Assembly (NCBI GenBank): GCA_963812605.1
Contig: CAWEWF010000006.1
Span: 192,001 to 256,000 of the forward strand
Reading direction: 5' to 3'
DNA: 64,000 nt
Origin: an uncultured Verrucomicrobiae bacterium
GTDB lineage: Bacteria; Verrucomicrobiota; Verrucomicrobiia; Palsa-1439
Under the pieces are notes generated by a model. It ran no database searches and was not told the DNA's origin. It saw only the letters and a list, made by a program, of their open reading frames with translations. Numbering within the stretch: the first letter of the stretch is position 1; each line of letters opens with the position of its first letter. Below, piece by piece: positions 22,230 to 33,461 of this stretch. The translations under genes and the position numbers were made by a program.

Positions 22230-25200
22230 ATGATAAAAGCATGTAGAGTAGTGGATGGTTTCCGACTTGTCGCGGCGGGGGCCCTGGCGCTCATCTTGGG
22301 TTTCACTCTTCCTGCTCAAGGCCAGGAATGGCTGATTGCCATGGGAAACCCCAATAGCTTCCGCGGCGCCACCGTGCCGAGCCCGGATCCAAACGGGCAT
22401 TACTGGAACGCCGTTGATGCCGGCCATTTCTTCCCCAGCCTGACGAACATAAACGGTCAAGCGACAAGCCTGGCACTGAGTTTTGACGCCTCGAATGGCA
22501 ACGACTTTTACAATGGTCCTGCCGGGACGACCCAGAATCCTACTGCCGTAGTCATCAACGCCACTGCGCTTGGCGATCTGGGCTACAAAAACGGTGTGTA
22601 TCATTATTACGTTAACACGGATTTCGAAATCCAGGGTCTGGACCCGGCTAAGCAGTACAACCTGACCTTCTTCGGCTCGCATGCCTACAGCACCGACACC
22701 GCGACAACGTATTCACTCTACACCGACAACGGCTATTCCAACGCGTTACAGTCCGTTAGTCTCAATGTGCAGGATCCAAGTAACGCAGGCCAGTGGAACA
22801 CAAACCAGGTGGCTGTCCTCAACAACGTATCGCCACAGGCCAGCGGCATCCTGTACATCGGGTTCATCGGAGCCCAGGGCGATCTTGGCTATCTGAACGC
22901 CATGGAAATTCAGCTCGTTCCGGTAATCATTACGAACTCTGCTTCGGTGTCTCGAGGTGCGACCGTACCGTGGACCACCTACGAAGCCGAGAACATGGTG
23001 AACACCGGCACGATCCTCGGCCCCTCGTACGCTGGAAATAACGTCGCGTCGGAATCGTCGGGGCGCCAATGCGTCCAGCTCAATGCTACCAACCAGTACG
23101 TACAGTTCACCGCCCTGACAAACGCCAATGCCATCGTCGTGCGCTACAGTGTGCCCGACACCGCGAACGGCGTCGGGACCAATTATACCCTCAGCCTCTA
23201 CACCAACGGCGTATTTGCTGCCAAATTGCCGATGACCTCCCTGTATTCCTGGCTGTATGGGGTTTACAGCAATGGAACTCCCGCGTTCGGCAACAATCCC
23301 GCCAACGGCAACCCAAGGAACTTCTATGATGAGGTGCGCACCAATGGGTGGTCGATCAGCCCCGGCGACGTAATCAAACTCGAGAAGGACACCAACGACA
23401 CGGCTTCCTTTTACGACATTGATCTTGTTGACCTGGAAAATGTTCCCGCCGCCATCACGCAAGCCGTCGGTTCGGTCTCCATCAAGAGCGCCCCGTACAA
23501 CGCGGTCGGCGACGGAATAAACGACGACACTTCCGCCCTGCAGAATTGCATTAACGCGAACACCAGCGTGTACCTGCCGCCCGGCAATTACAAAATCACC
23601 GGCTCCATCAACCTTCCTTCCAACCGGGCAATTCAAGGCGCGGGCATGTGGTATACCACGCTGGTCGGCGATCCCACTCTGTACACCACCTCTTCCCGGC
23701 GGGTCACGTTGAACGGGAACGGAAGCAACATTCACCTGTCGGACTTGGCGATTTTAGGAAAGTTGAACTACCGAAATGACAACGAACCCAATGACGGCCT
23801 GGGTGGGGCGTACGGCACGGGGTCAACCATCTCCCGTATCTGGGTGGAGCACACCAAGACGGGCGCCTGGCTTGTGAATTCCCAGGGTTTGGTCGTGGAT
23901 AGCTGCCGCTTCCGTGACACGATCGCGGACGGGATCAACCTCGTTGTGGGGATGCGTAGCTGCACGGTCACGAACTGCACAGCGCGCGGGACGGGTGATG
24001 ATTGTTTTCCCATCTGGCCGGCAACCTACATGTCGCAGACCTATACGCCCGGTCTTAACGTCATCACCCACTGCACAGGACAGACCCCGTTTCTGGCCAA
24101 TGGCGGGGCGATCTATGGTGGCGTCAGCAACACCATCGAGGATTGCGTGTTCCAGGATATTCCCTACGACTGTGGTATCCTGATCAGCACCACCTTTGCC
24201 GTGGGCGGTAATGTTTTCAGCGGGACCACGGTTGTGCAGCGATGCGACCTGATTCGCTGCGGGGGCACGGGCGTGGGCGCGGGCCTGCAGATCTGCCTGC
24301 AAGGCGCTGGCATCTCAGGCGTCAATCTCAACAATCTGAATATTACCAACAGTGCTTCCGATGGATTGAGCATCATCAACGGCGCGGGCTCGCTCAGCAG
24401 CGCGATCATGTCCTATGTGAACATCCCCAATTACGGCCTTGGGGGCGGCAGCCATAATGGGTTGTGGGCGCGCTTCGATGCCGTTGGCAGCATGACGGTA
24501 AGCAATTGCACCCTGGCGGAATATCGAGACGACACATCCAACTTTACTTTCATTTTTGTCACCTCCAACGTTCCGGTCACGGTGCAGACCAGTCCGCCGG
24601 GCCTTTCGTTCACGGTGGACGGCACGAACTACAGCAGCGCCCAAGCTTTGAATTGGCTTTATGGATCGAGCCACACCCTCGCGACAACTTCGCCGCAGAG
24701 CGGCGGAACGGGCGTTCAATACGTCTGGAGTTCGTGGAACGACGGTGGAGCGCTGTCGCATGCGGCCACCGCAACCACCAACATGACCTACACGGCGAAT
24801 TTCACGACACAGTATTTCCTGACGATGAACGCCGGGCTGGGAGGAAGCGCGAGTCCGAGCAGCGGCTGGAACAACAGCAATGCGGTGGTGAACATCAGTG
24901 CCACCACGTCCAACGGCTATGCTTTCAGCGCCTGGGCTGGTAGCGGCAGCGGTTCGTATTCGGGAACCAATGGCTCCGCTTCCGTCACGATGAACGGGCC
25001 AATCACGCAGACAGCCAACTTCGACTTCCTGGCGGCGATTACGGGAATCACGATTGGCGGCGATGGCTCCGTGACGATCAATTACTCCACCACGTCGGGC
25101 CTTACCTATCACGTCGAAACCACAACCAACCTGACCTCGTCCCCGTGGACGACGCTACCGGGAAGCACGACCAACGCCACGGGGAGTTCCATTATTTTCA

Positions 25201-25256
25201 TCGATCCCAACGCCGTGGGCGACCCTCAGCGCTTCTATCGGGTGGGGTCGCCGTAG
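22230..25256 (+). CDS. Secreted GH87-like alpha-1,3-glucanase/mycodextranase with an N-terminal repeat-type module, divergent InlB-B-like repeats and an RFYRV tail
   Basis: GATVPWTTYEAE, SGRQCVQL, VRYSVPD, YSWLYG, FYDE, GAGMWYT, WVEHTKTGAW, ADGIN, GDD. Confidence 0.85.
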   Translation: MIKACRVVDGFRLVAAGALALILGFTLPAQGQEWLIAMGNPNSFRGATVPSPDPNGHYWNAVDAGHFFPSLTNINGQATSLALSFDASNGNDFYNGPAGTTQNPTAVVINATALGDLGYKNGVYHYYVNTDFEIQGLDPAKQYNLTFFGSHAYSTDTATTYSLYTDNGYSNALQSVSLNVQDPSNAGQWNTNQVAVLNNVSPQASGILYIGFIGAQGDLGYLNAMEIQLVPVIITNSASVSRGATVPWTTYEAENMVNTGTILGPSYAGNNVASESSGRQCVQLNATNQYVQFTALTNANAIVVRYSVPDTANGVGTNYTLSLYTNGVFAAKLPMTSLYSWLYGVYSNGTPAFGNNPANGNPRNFYDEVRTNGWSISPGDVIKLEKDTNDTASFYDIDLVDLENVPAAITQAVGSVSIKSAPYNAVGDGINDDTSALQNCINANTSVYLPPGNYKITGSINLPSNRAIQGAGMWYTTLVGDPTLYTTSSRRVTLNGNGSNIHLSDLAILGKLNYRNDNEPNDGLGGAYGTGSTISRIWVEHTKTGAWLVNSQGLVVDSCRFRDTIADGINLVVGMRSCTVTNCTARGTGDDCFPIWPATYMSQTYTPGLNVITHCTGQTPFLANGGAIYGGVSNTIEDCVFQDIPYDCGILISTTFAVGGNVFSGTTVVQRCDLIRCGGTGVGAGLQICLQGAGISGVNLNNLNITNSASDGLSIINGAGSLSSAIMSYVNIPNYGLGGGSHNGLWARFDAVGSMTVSNCTLAEYRDDTSNFTFIFVTSNVPVTVQTSPPGLSFTVDGTNYSSAQALNWLYGSSHTLATTSPQSGGTGVQYVWSSWNDGGALSHAATATTNMTYTANFTTQYFLTMNAGLGGSASPSSGWNNSNAVVNISATTSNGYAFSAWAGSGSGSYSGTNGSASVTMNGPITQTANFDFLAAITGITIGGDGSVTINYSTTSGLTYHVETTTNLTSSPWTTLPGSTTNATGSSIIFIDPNAVGDPQRFYRVGSP

Positions 25257-25334
25257 GAAGTTGGCAAGGCTCCGCCGATCCGGTCATTCGATTCAGAGTC
25301 AGCGCTGGCTGGTAACGGCGGCGGGCCTGATCCA

Positions 25335-25344
25335 TTTACGTAAA
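25335..25344. promoter_or_regulatory. Putative LacI-family operator TTTACGTAAA
   Basis: Upstream of the second GH87 gene. Confidence 0.75.
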
Positions 25345-25411
25345 GCACGCATTGCTTTGCTGGCTCCGGACAATTGTTGTTTATGGTAGGCGTTTCATTT
25401 CCGGTTCAGCT

Positions 25412-28400
25412 ATGAATGCCAAGACGCTTCTCCTCGGGCTCATCCTCACACTTCTCGTTTCGCTGAACTCCGCATTCGCGTCTACTGGCGCGACCGTGCC
25501 GTGGACCACCTATGAAGCGGAAGCGATGACCATCAACGGTGGCACGATCCTTGGCCCTCCTCCGGTGTCCGTGGACAAGAACGCCGTGGTCACTAATACG
25601 GTCGCAGGAGAAGCCTCAGGCAGGCAGTGTGTCAGCCTGACCGGTACGGGGCAATACGTGCAGTTCGCGGCGCAGGCGGCGGCCAACACGTTGGTCGTGC
25701 GCTACAGCGTGCCGGATACGGCGGACGGGGTCGGGGCTGATTACACCATCAGTCTTTATCTTAACGGAACTTTCGTTCAGAAAATTCCCGTGACTTCCAG
25801 GTATTCGTGGCTCTACGGTGGTTACACGTTTTCCAACAATCCGGGCGATGGTAACGCGCGAAACTTCTTCGACGAAGCGCGAGTGATGAACTTGACGATT
25901 AACCCGGGGGATCTTGTCCGCCTGCAGATTGACGCGAATGATACGGCCGCGTTTTACATCATTGACCTCGTTGACCTTGAACTCATCGGCCCGCCGCTCA
26001 CTCAACCGCCAGGCTCACAGTCGGTCATGGCCTGCGGGGCGGTCGGCAACGGCGTTGCCGACGACACGACCGCCATCAACAACTGCGTCAGCCAAGGGGG
26101 CACCATCTGGTTTCCTCCTGGCAACTATCTGGTCGACGCTGACATCGTTGTTCCCCCCGGCACAACCATCCAGGGCGCCGGCATGTGGTACACGACGTTC
26201 GTTGGCAATCCCGCCGTGTATAATAGCAATTCGGAAGCGCGGGTTCGGTTCGACGGCGAGGGCAGTAACACCCACTTCGCCGACTTCGCGATCCTCGGGA
26301 AATTGAATTACCGCAATGACAGTGAGGCGAACGATGGGTTCAGCGAAGTGTTCGGCACCAACTCGAGCATCGCGCGAGTCTGGGTCGAGCACACCAAAAC
26401 CGGCGCCTGGCTTGCCAATGCCCTGGGCATGCTGATCACGGATTGCCGGTTTCGCAATACAATCGCGGATGGCATCAACATCGACGTGGGCATGCAGGGT
26501 TGCATCGTGAGCAACTGCACCGCGCGCGGCACGGGCGATGATTCCTTTGCCATCTGGCCCGCCACGTATCGTACGGCGGCCTATCAACCCGGGTACAACG
26601 TCTTCACTCACTGCACCGCCCAGTCCCCCTGGTTCGCCAACGCCTGCGGAATCTATGGCGGGGTCAGCAACCGGGTTGAGAACTGCCGGTTCGTCGACAC
26701 TCCCGACGGTTGCGGCATCCTGATTGCCGGGACATTTCCCATCGGCTCGAATGTGTTCGCGGGAATCACCGTCGCCCAAAACTGTGATTTGGTTCGCTGC
26801 GGCGGTTTTGATCCCGGCTGGCAATGGCGCGGAGCACTCACGCTCTGTCCGCAAAACATCGACATCAATGGCGTCCAAATCAATAACCTGAATATTTCCA
26901 ACAGCCTTTCCTACGCGGTGCAAATTGTCGATCCGGGTGGCGGTGTGGTCACCAACGCAACCATGAGCAGTGTGAATGCTTCCGGCTACGCTCTCCAGGT
27001 TCACGAGTTTCACCCGCAGAACAATTGTTGTTCCAACGTTTTTGTCGACGGCGTATTCGGCGTGCTCGCCCGCAGCGACGCCAAGGGCAGCATCAACGTC
27101 ACCGACCTCGTCGTTAGCAACACGCCCATCATTTCCCAGCAGACGCCAGGAACCATTTTTACCAACCAGTCCAACGGCCAGTTCACCTTCAATTTTCTCA
27201 CGCAACCAATCAGCGTGACGGTCCAGGCCAATCCGGCCGGACATTCATTCGTCGTGGATAGCGTGACTTACACCAACACCCAAACATTCAATTGGACGCA
27301 GGGCTCGATCCACACCATCGCCACCACCACACCCCAGAACGGCGGAACCGGCGTGCAGGACGTCTGGACTTCGTGGAGCGACGGCGGGGCAATATCGCAT
27401 ACAGTGGCGCCCACGACCGGGACAACCTACACCGCGAACTTCACGACGCAGTATTACCTGACGATGGACGCGGGCACGGGCGGCAGCGTGAGCCCGGTCA
27501 GCGGTTGGCAAAACAGCAACGCCGTGGTGAACATCAGCGCCACACCGTCGCTCGGCTTCCAGTTGGATGGTTGGAGCGGAACCGGCAATGGCTCATATTC
27601 GGGGACCAACAGTTCGGCCTCCGTCACGATGAACGCGCCGATTGCTCAGACTGCCTTCTTCAGCAGCCCGCAAGTGCAGTCGATGAGCTTTGCGCAACAG
27701 CCCGGCAATGTGCTTCAGGGCGCGATTATCGCTCCGGAGGTCCAGGTGCAAGCCATCGACACCAATGGCTCGCCGGTGGCGGGCGCGGCGATCACCCTGT
27801 CGCTGGGCAGCGGCACCGGGACGTTGGCAGGCACGCTGACCCGTGTAACCGACGGTAGCGGCCTGGCCCATTTCGGGGATTTGAGTGTGAATCAGCCCGG
27901 TCCGAAAACGCTGACCGCAACCGCCGGCAGCGGCCCCGCCCCGCCGACCAACAGCAGTTCCTTCATGGTAATCGGATCGGTAGCGGCGCTGGCGTTCACG
28001 ACGCAGCCCGGGTTGGCCGTGCCGGGCCAGCCATTCGGCCAGCAACCGGTCGTCAAGACGGTGGACGCCTTCGGCACTCCGACCATAGTGGGCTTGCCAT
28101 CGAGCCTGATTGTCTACGTCTCGCTCACCAACGGCGTCGGCACTCTCTCCGGCACGACCAGTTTGGACATCGGTACCAGTGCCGGCAATGGAGCGGTGGC
28201 GTTTGGCAATCTGTCAATTGATACTGCCGGCACCAATGACCAGCTCGTGGCTTCGGTGGTGCCGGTTGCGACGGGCAACCCGGTATCCGGCGCCGTGCTC
28301 TGGCTGGATGCCAACGACCCGAGCACGATCACGACGAACGGAACACGAGTCCAGGCATGGAAGAACAAAGGCACCGGCGGGACGACGGGTGCGAATCTCT

Positions 28401-29805
28401 GGTTCACGCAGAACACGACCGGGCTGCAGCCGTGGATGACCAACCGGATAGGTGGCAAGACGGTGCTCACGTTCAGCAAGAATGGGAACGGTTATAGCGC
28501 CGGCTGCACTTACCTCGGCAACATCGGCCTGAACTCCTACACCAACAGCGGCAACCAGATGAGCTATTTCCTTGTCGCGCGCCAAACGAGCAACACCTAC
28601 GGCTGGCAAGGTCCCGTCAGCTTCAGCAGGTCGGGACAAACCGACGGGCAAGGCACAAGCGGCGTGGTGATCCTGACGGATGGCAGTCAGTCTGCGCCGT
28701 ACCCGTTTGGCATTCAACGCAATCACCCCGCCACCCCGATGCAGGCGAATGTCGCATCGGCGGCTCTGAATACTGCGTTTATGTTGACCTTCGTGGACAA
28801 CGGCGGCACGGCCACTTTGCGGTTGACCGATTCTACCGGTTCCTCCCGAAGCAACAGCGCGAACATCGTCAACGGAATCAGCCCCTACAAGTACAACATC
28901 ACCGATGTCACGATTGGCGGCCGGCTGGAGCCGTCGCCTTCAACGATTGACAACGGATGGGATGGTGATGTGGCCGAGGTGCTGGTTTACAACACCGCGC
29001 TGAGTGCCGCTGATCGCAGTTCCGTGGAAGCATATCTGAGCAACAAGTGGTTTGTGTCCAGTGTCGCGCTTTCTCTGAGCAACACCATCAGCGCGCCATT
29101 CACCGTGCAGTCCACGGTGAGCGTGATGGTTCAGCCCAATCCATCGGGACTTTCATTCACGGTAGATGGCACTAACTACAGCAGCGCCCAAACTTTGAAT
29201 TGGCTTTATGGATCGAGCCACACCCTCGCGACCACTTCGCCGCAGAGCGGAGGAACCGGCGTTCAATACGTCTGGAGTTCCTGGAGCGATGGCGGAGGGT
29301 TGTCGCACATGGTCACCACGACCACCAACATGACCTACACGGCGAATTTCACGACGCAGTATTTTCTGACAATGAACGCCGGGCCGGGAGGCGGCGTGAG
29401 TCCAGTCAGTGACTGGTACAACAGCGGAACGAATGCGAATATCAACGCCACCGCGTTGAGCGGTTATGCTTTCAGCGCGTGGACAGGCACCGGCAGCGGC
29501 TCGTATTCCGGAACCAACAACTCCGGCATTCCGTCACGATCAACGGGCCAATCACGCAGACAGCCAACTTCGACTTCCTGGCGGCGATTACGGGAATCAC
29601 GATCGGCGGCGATGGGTCAGTGACCATCAGCTACGCCACCATGTCGGGCCTTACCTATCATGTCGAAACCACAACCAACCTGACTTCGTCCCCATGGACG
29701 ACGGTGCCGGGGAGCACGACCAACGCCGCGGGGAGCACCATCATCTTCATCGATCCCAACGCCAGGGGCGACCTGCAGCGCTTCTATCGGGTGGGGTCGC
29801 CGTAG
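25412..29805 (+). CDS. Second secreted GH87-like glucanase with Ig-like, LamG-like and InlB-B-like modules and an RFYRV tail (frameshift near 29530)
   Basis: Same catalytic motifs as 22230..25256; WLDAND...GDVAEVLVYNTALS LamG-like block; tail is in ORF 29479..29805. Confidence 0.85.
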
Positions 29806-29821
29806 CGCGAAAATCCTCTGG

Positions 29822-29835
29822 ACTTTACGTAAAGT
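29822..29835. promoter_or_regulatory. Putative LacI-family operator ACTTTACGTAAAGT (autoregulatory)
   Basis: 14 bp palindrome directly upstream of the LacI-family gene. Confidence 0.8.
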
Positions 29836-29852
29836 TCGCGCATGATAGTCGC

Positions 29853-30920
29853 GTGACAACCAAGTTTCGAGTCCTGCTCCGCGAAATCGCCGACAAGACC
29901 GGCATCTCTCGCATGGCCGTTTCACTCGCCCTCCGGGGCAAGTCCGGCGTCTCGGAAGGGACTCGCAAGAAGGTTCTGAAGGTCGCCAAGGAACTCGGTT
30001 ATGAACCGGATCCGGAAGTTGCCAAGCTCCTCTCGCACATCCGCGCCAAGCGGTCTCTCGATACCAAAGCGTGCCTGGCATTGTTGACTTCGGGAGCGAC
30101 GCTGCAGGATTGGAAACGTTACTCGACGGAGCGCAAGTACGTGGAAGGCGCCCACGCTCGCGCGAAAGAATACGGTTATCACATCGAAGAGTTTTGGATA
30201 AACGAACCCGGCATGACGCTTTCCCGCCTCAGCAACATCATCTGGAGCCGGGGAATTGAAGGCGTGATCATCGCTCCGCTCCAAACCAGGCTTTCGGGAA
30301 AAGTAGCGCGCTCGATCCGGCTTGATTTCAACTTGTTCTCGGCCGTGGAAATCAGCGAAACGGTCGAGTGGCCGGATTTGGACCGCGCGGTTCACGATCA
30401 ATACACCTCCATGCTCAAGGCGCTCGATGAACTTTCCGGCCTGAACTACCAGACCATCGGACTGGTGCTCGAGGAAGCGTTGGATTTGCGTGTCAACGGC
30501 AAATGGACGGCGGCCTACCTGCGTTATCGAAATCAGTGGGACGCCAAAAGATTGCCCCCTCCCTTGATCCTGGATTTTCCAAGACAAGCGGCCTTTGACC
30601 GCTGGTTCGACCGCTATCGCCCGAATGCGATCATCAGTGTTGATCGTTTCGGATTACAGTTGCTTATCAAAAGAGGGCTGGATGTGCCCGGGGATCTCGG
30701 CTACGCGTCGCTGGATGTGGACGGGGATGCGGATGTCTATCCGGATGTGAGCGGAATTGACCAAAACTCGGAAATCGTCGGCGCTGCGGCCGTCGATATG
30801 CTGGTCGCTGCAATTCATCGAGGTCACCGCGGGATACCATCCCATCCAGTGCGCGTCGAGGTGGAAGGCTCTTGGAAACCGGGCAAGAGTACCGTCAAGA
30901 AACGCAACGCCAGGCCCTGA
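29853..30920 (+). CDS. LacI-family transcriptional regulator
   Basis: HTH LREIADKTGISRMAVSLALR...ELGYEPD; sugar-binding-like C-domain; GTG start inferred. Confidence 0.9.
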   Translation: MTTKFRVLLREIADKTGISRMAVSLALRGKSGVSEGTRKKVLKVAKELGYEPDPEVAKLLSHIRAKRSLDTKACLALLTSGATLQDWKRYSTERKYVEGAHARAKEYGYHIEEFWINEPGMTLSRLSNIIWSRGIEGVIIAPLQTRLSGKVARSIRLDFNLFSAVEISETVEWPDLDRAVHDQYTSMLKALDELSGLNYQTIGLVLEEALDLRVNGKWTAAYLRYRNQWDAKRLPPPLILDFPRQAAFDRWFDRYRPNAIISVDRFGLQLLIKRGLDVPGDLGYASLDVDGDADVYPDVSGIDQNSEIVGAAAVDMLVAAIHRGHRGIPSHPVRVEVEGSWKPGKSTVKKRNARP

Positions 30921-30922
30921 CC

Positions 30923-30932
30923 TTTACGTAAA
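30923..30932. promoter_or_regulatory. Putative LacI-family operator TTTACGTAAA
   Basis: Upstream of the GH99-like gene. Confidence 0.75.
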
Positions 30933-31019
30933 CCGGAATCGATCGTCGGTTCGTCCATTCGGCTTGATACTGTAACCTCCAGTGAACTCTCCAAACTTTC
31001 CGAAAGCCGACTCGCGCCC

Positions 31020-32264
31020 ATGAATCGCGGGCTCGAACAAATACGGTGGCTGCTCGTGCTTGTCGCCGGCTTGGCGTTGACGTCTTGCGGTCAGCGAGAA
31101 CAAGCCGCGCCCGCCGCTCCAACCGGCCACAAACTCCTCATGATGCACTACATGACCTGGTACACCACGCCCGCGATCAGCGGAGAATGGGGCGGTCATT
31201 GGACGGGTTATGAAACCAGGCATCACCCGGACCAAAACACCACGAACGGCTTGCCGGATATCTGGTCGAATTATCACCCGCTCATCGGCTTGTACGATTC
31301 ATCCGACCCGGACCTCCTGGAGTGTCACCTCCTGCAAATGAAGTTGGCGGGAATTGATGGGGTGATCCCGGACTGGTACGGGATTGGCGCGACGGCGGAC
31401 TACCCGACCATTCACAAGGCCACTCGCGCCCTGTTTGACGCCTGCGGAAAATTCGGGATGAAGTTCGCGGTTTGCTACGAAGATCGCTCGATCCAACTCA
31501 TGGTCGATCGGAATGAACTCCAGCGGGACCAGATCACCAACCACCTCGCCGAGACGATGCAGTGGTTGCAGAAGGAGTGGTTCACGAAACCGCAGTATCT
31601 CCAATACCGCGACCGGCCGCTGCTGCTGAACTTCGGGCCGATTTATCTCACCGATAGGGCCGTATGGGATGCCGCGTTCAAAACCATCCCGACCCGGCCG
31701 TCGTTCTACGCCCTGCATCATCTTTGGAAGAAAGCCGGGGGCGACGGCGGTTTCACGTGGATTCACTGGGACCCTTGGGAAGGCACGCCAACGGAAGCGA
31801 CGATCCGGGAACGGATCCGGGGGGTCTTCACGTATTTTTCCACGAACCGCGACGAGGTCATCGTCTCCGCCTACCCCGGCTTCGATGACGTCTATGCACA
31901 GCACCAACGGCCTCTCGATTATCGCGGCGGCAAGACGCTGCAGGAAACCCTGGAAGTGGGCATGGAAGGTCCGTGGCCCCTCATCCAGTTGGTCACCTGG
32001 AACGATTACGGCGAAGGAACAATGATCGAGCCGACCCATGAGTTTGGTTACACCTTCCTGGAGATTATCCAGCAAGCCCGCCGCAAAGAGTTGGGTCCGG
32101 TTTTCACCTTCACCGCCGAAGACCTGCGGCTGCCCGCCCGCCTCTACGCGCTCCGCAAGAAAGGAAGCGTCCCGGCCGCGCAATTGGATCGGATCTCTCA
32201 ACTATTGAACCAGGGAGCATGTTCCGAAGCCCGCAAGCTGCTCGACGCCCGGGAAAAGACCTAG
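31020..32264 (+). CDS. GH71/GH99-like glycoside hydrolase lipoprotein
   Basis: Lipobox LTSC; HYMTWY, PLIGLYDSSD, AGIDGVIPDWYG, TWNDYGEGTMIEP. Confidence 0.85.
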   Translation: MNRGLEQIRWLLVLVAGLALTSCGQREQAAPAAPTGHKLLMMHYMTWYTTPAISGEWGGHWTGYETRHHPDQNTTNGLPDIWSNYHPLIGLYDSSDPDLLECHLLQMKLAGIDGVIPDWYGIGATADYPTIHKATRALFDACGKFGMKFAVCYEDRSIQLMVDRNELQRDQITNHLAETMQWLQKEWFTKPQYLQYRDRPLLLNFGPIYLTDRAVWDAAFKTIPTRPSFYALHHLWKKAGGDGGFTWIHWDPWEGTPTEATIRERIRGVFTYFSTNRDEVIVSAYPGFDDVYAQHQRPLDYRGGKTLQETLEVGMEGPWPLIQLVTWNDYGEGTMIEPTHEFGYTFLEIIQQARRKELGPVFTFTAEDLRLPARLYALRKKGSVPAAQLDRISQLLNQGACSEARKLLDAREKT

Positions 32265-32310
32265 CTCTTGGCTCAACGGTTAACCCGACCTCTGCTCTCC
32301 AACCGGAGTT

Positions 32311-33216
32311 TCATTGACTGGTCTGATTGCGCTGCGTTCCAGCGCCTGCCACCGAACCATTTTCTTCGCGGCGGAGTTGCTCGAAACCGAAATCGAAAAG
32401 CGCTGTGGCATCCGTCCATTTGTCCGCGCTATGCAACAGGATCAGATACAGTTCGTGGCCGTCACGGGTGGCGGACGCGGCAAAGGTGTGTCGGGAGCGG
32501 TTTGTCCAGCCCGTCTTGGCCGGCCCCATGCCGGGATACACACCCAGCAGCTTGTTGTGGTTCTTCAGTGTTTGCAGACCGGCCGCCGTCTTCAGCGTGA
32601 GGCTGGGCGTGCAACAAATTTCGCGCAGGTCCAGCACCGCCATTGCCGCGCGAAATATTCGCAACAAATCATCGGCGGTCGTCACCTGGCCGGGCGCGGG
32701 CAGACCGTTCGGGTTTTTGAACAAGCTGTTGGCGCACCCCAATTCGCGGGCGCGGGTGTTCATCAGCGCCACAAACTTCTCCACCGACCCGCCCGTGTGC
32801 CGCGCCAGCGCTAGGGTGGAATCATTGTCCGAGCCGATGAGCAGGGATTGCACCAGGGTTTTGACCGGGACAGTCTCCCCGGTTCGCAAAGGAATCCGGC
32901 TGGGTTTGACGAGCGTGTCTGCCTGCTCGATGACAACTTCGCCTTCGAGGTGCGTCCGCTCGTACACCAGCAGCGCGGTCAGCAGTTTGAGAGTGCTCGC
33001 CGGTGGGAAGGCTTTGACGGGATTCCGGCTGAAGAGAACTTTACCGCTCGCGGCCTCGACCAGAAGCGCGCTGCGAGCCCGCACTTTTGGATTGGGTGCC
33101 GCCGGGGCATTGGTTCGGGCCGCTGCCCCAGCCAGCGGCAATTGCAGGAACAGCAGCGCACCGACAACAAAACGGCGCAGGTGACACGTGCCATCCTCGG
33201 GAGCAACTCCGTTCAA
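32311..33216 (-). CDS. D-alanyl-D-alanine carboxypeptidase (S11), near-identical paralog of 12767..13786
   Basis: STLK, SDN, KTG; protein nearly identical to the first copy; start uncertain. Confidence 0.85.
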   Translation of the reverse strand: MNGVAPEDGTCHLRRFVVGALLFLQLPLAGAAARTNAPAAPNPKVRARSALLVEAASGKVLFSRNPVKAFPPASTLKLLTALLVYERTHLEGEVVIEQADTLVKPSRIPLRTGETVPVKTLVQSLLIGSDNDSTLALARHTGGSVEKFVALMNTRARELGCANSLFKNPNGLPAPGQVTTADDLLRIFRAAMAVLDLREICCTPSLTLKTAAGLQTLKNHNKLLGVYPGMGPAKTGWTNRSRHTFAASATRDGHELYLILLHSADKWTDATALFDFGFEQLRREENGSVAGAGTQRNQTSQ

Positions 33217-33239
33217 ACACGCACCCCCGTGAACGCGAC

Positions 33240-33309
33240 CGCGCAGTGAACTTTCGCCAGCATGACGGCAAGTAATAGTCGAATGCGCCCCGCAAGTCGA
33301 ACGAGTTTT
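33240..33309 (-). repeat. comM promoter and first codons (MLAKVHCA)
   Basis: Closely matches 10292-10362; ATG at 33263. Confidence 0.85.
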
Positions 33310-33354
33310 CGGCGATCAGTCCCGGCAGCGTCCATCTTGGCATTATTACCGGAT

Positions 33355-33413
33355 TGTAGCCGCGAATCGCATTCGCGGCCTCCTCCCCGCCGCGAAAAGG
33401 TTTCGCGGCTACA
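33355..33413. repeat. REPIN-like doublet (tgtagccgcgaa...ttcgcggctaca)
   Basis: Two inverted GTAG-led hairpins; related singlets at 55926 and 58632. Confidence 0.8.
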
Positions 33414-33461
33414 AAAGGGCCTGACTCATTGGCGGCAGCAAGATGCACCGCTCCTCGAAAC

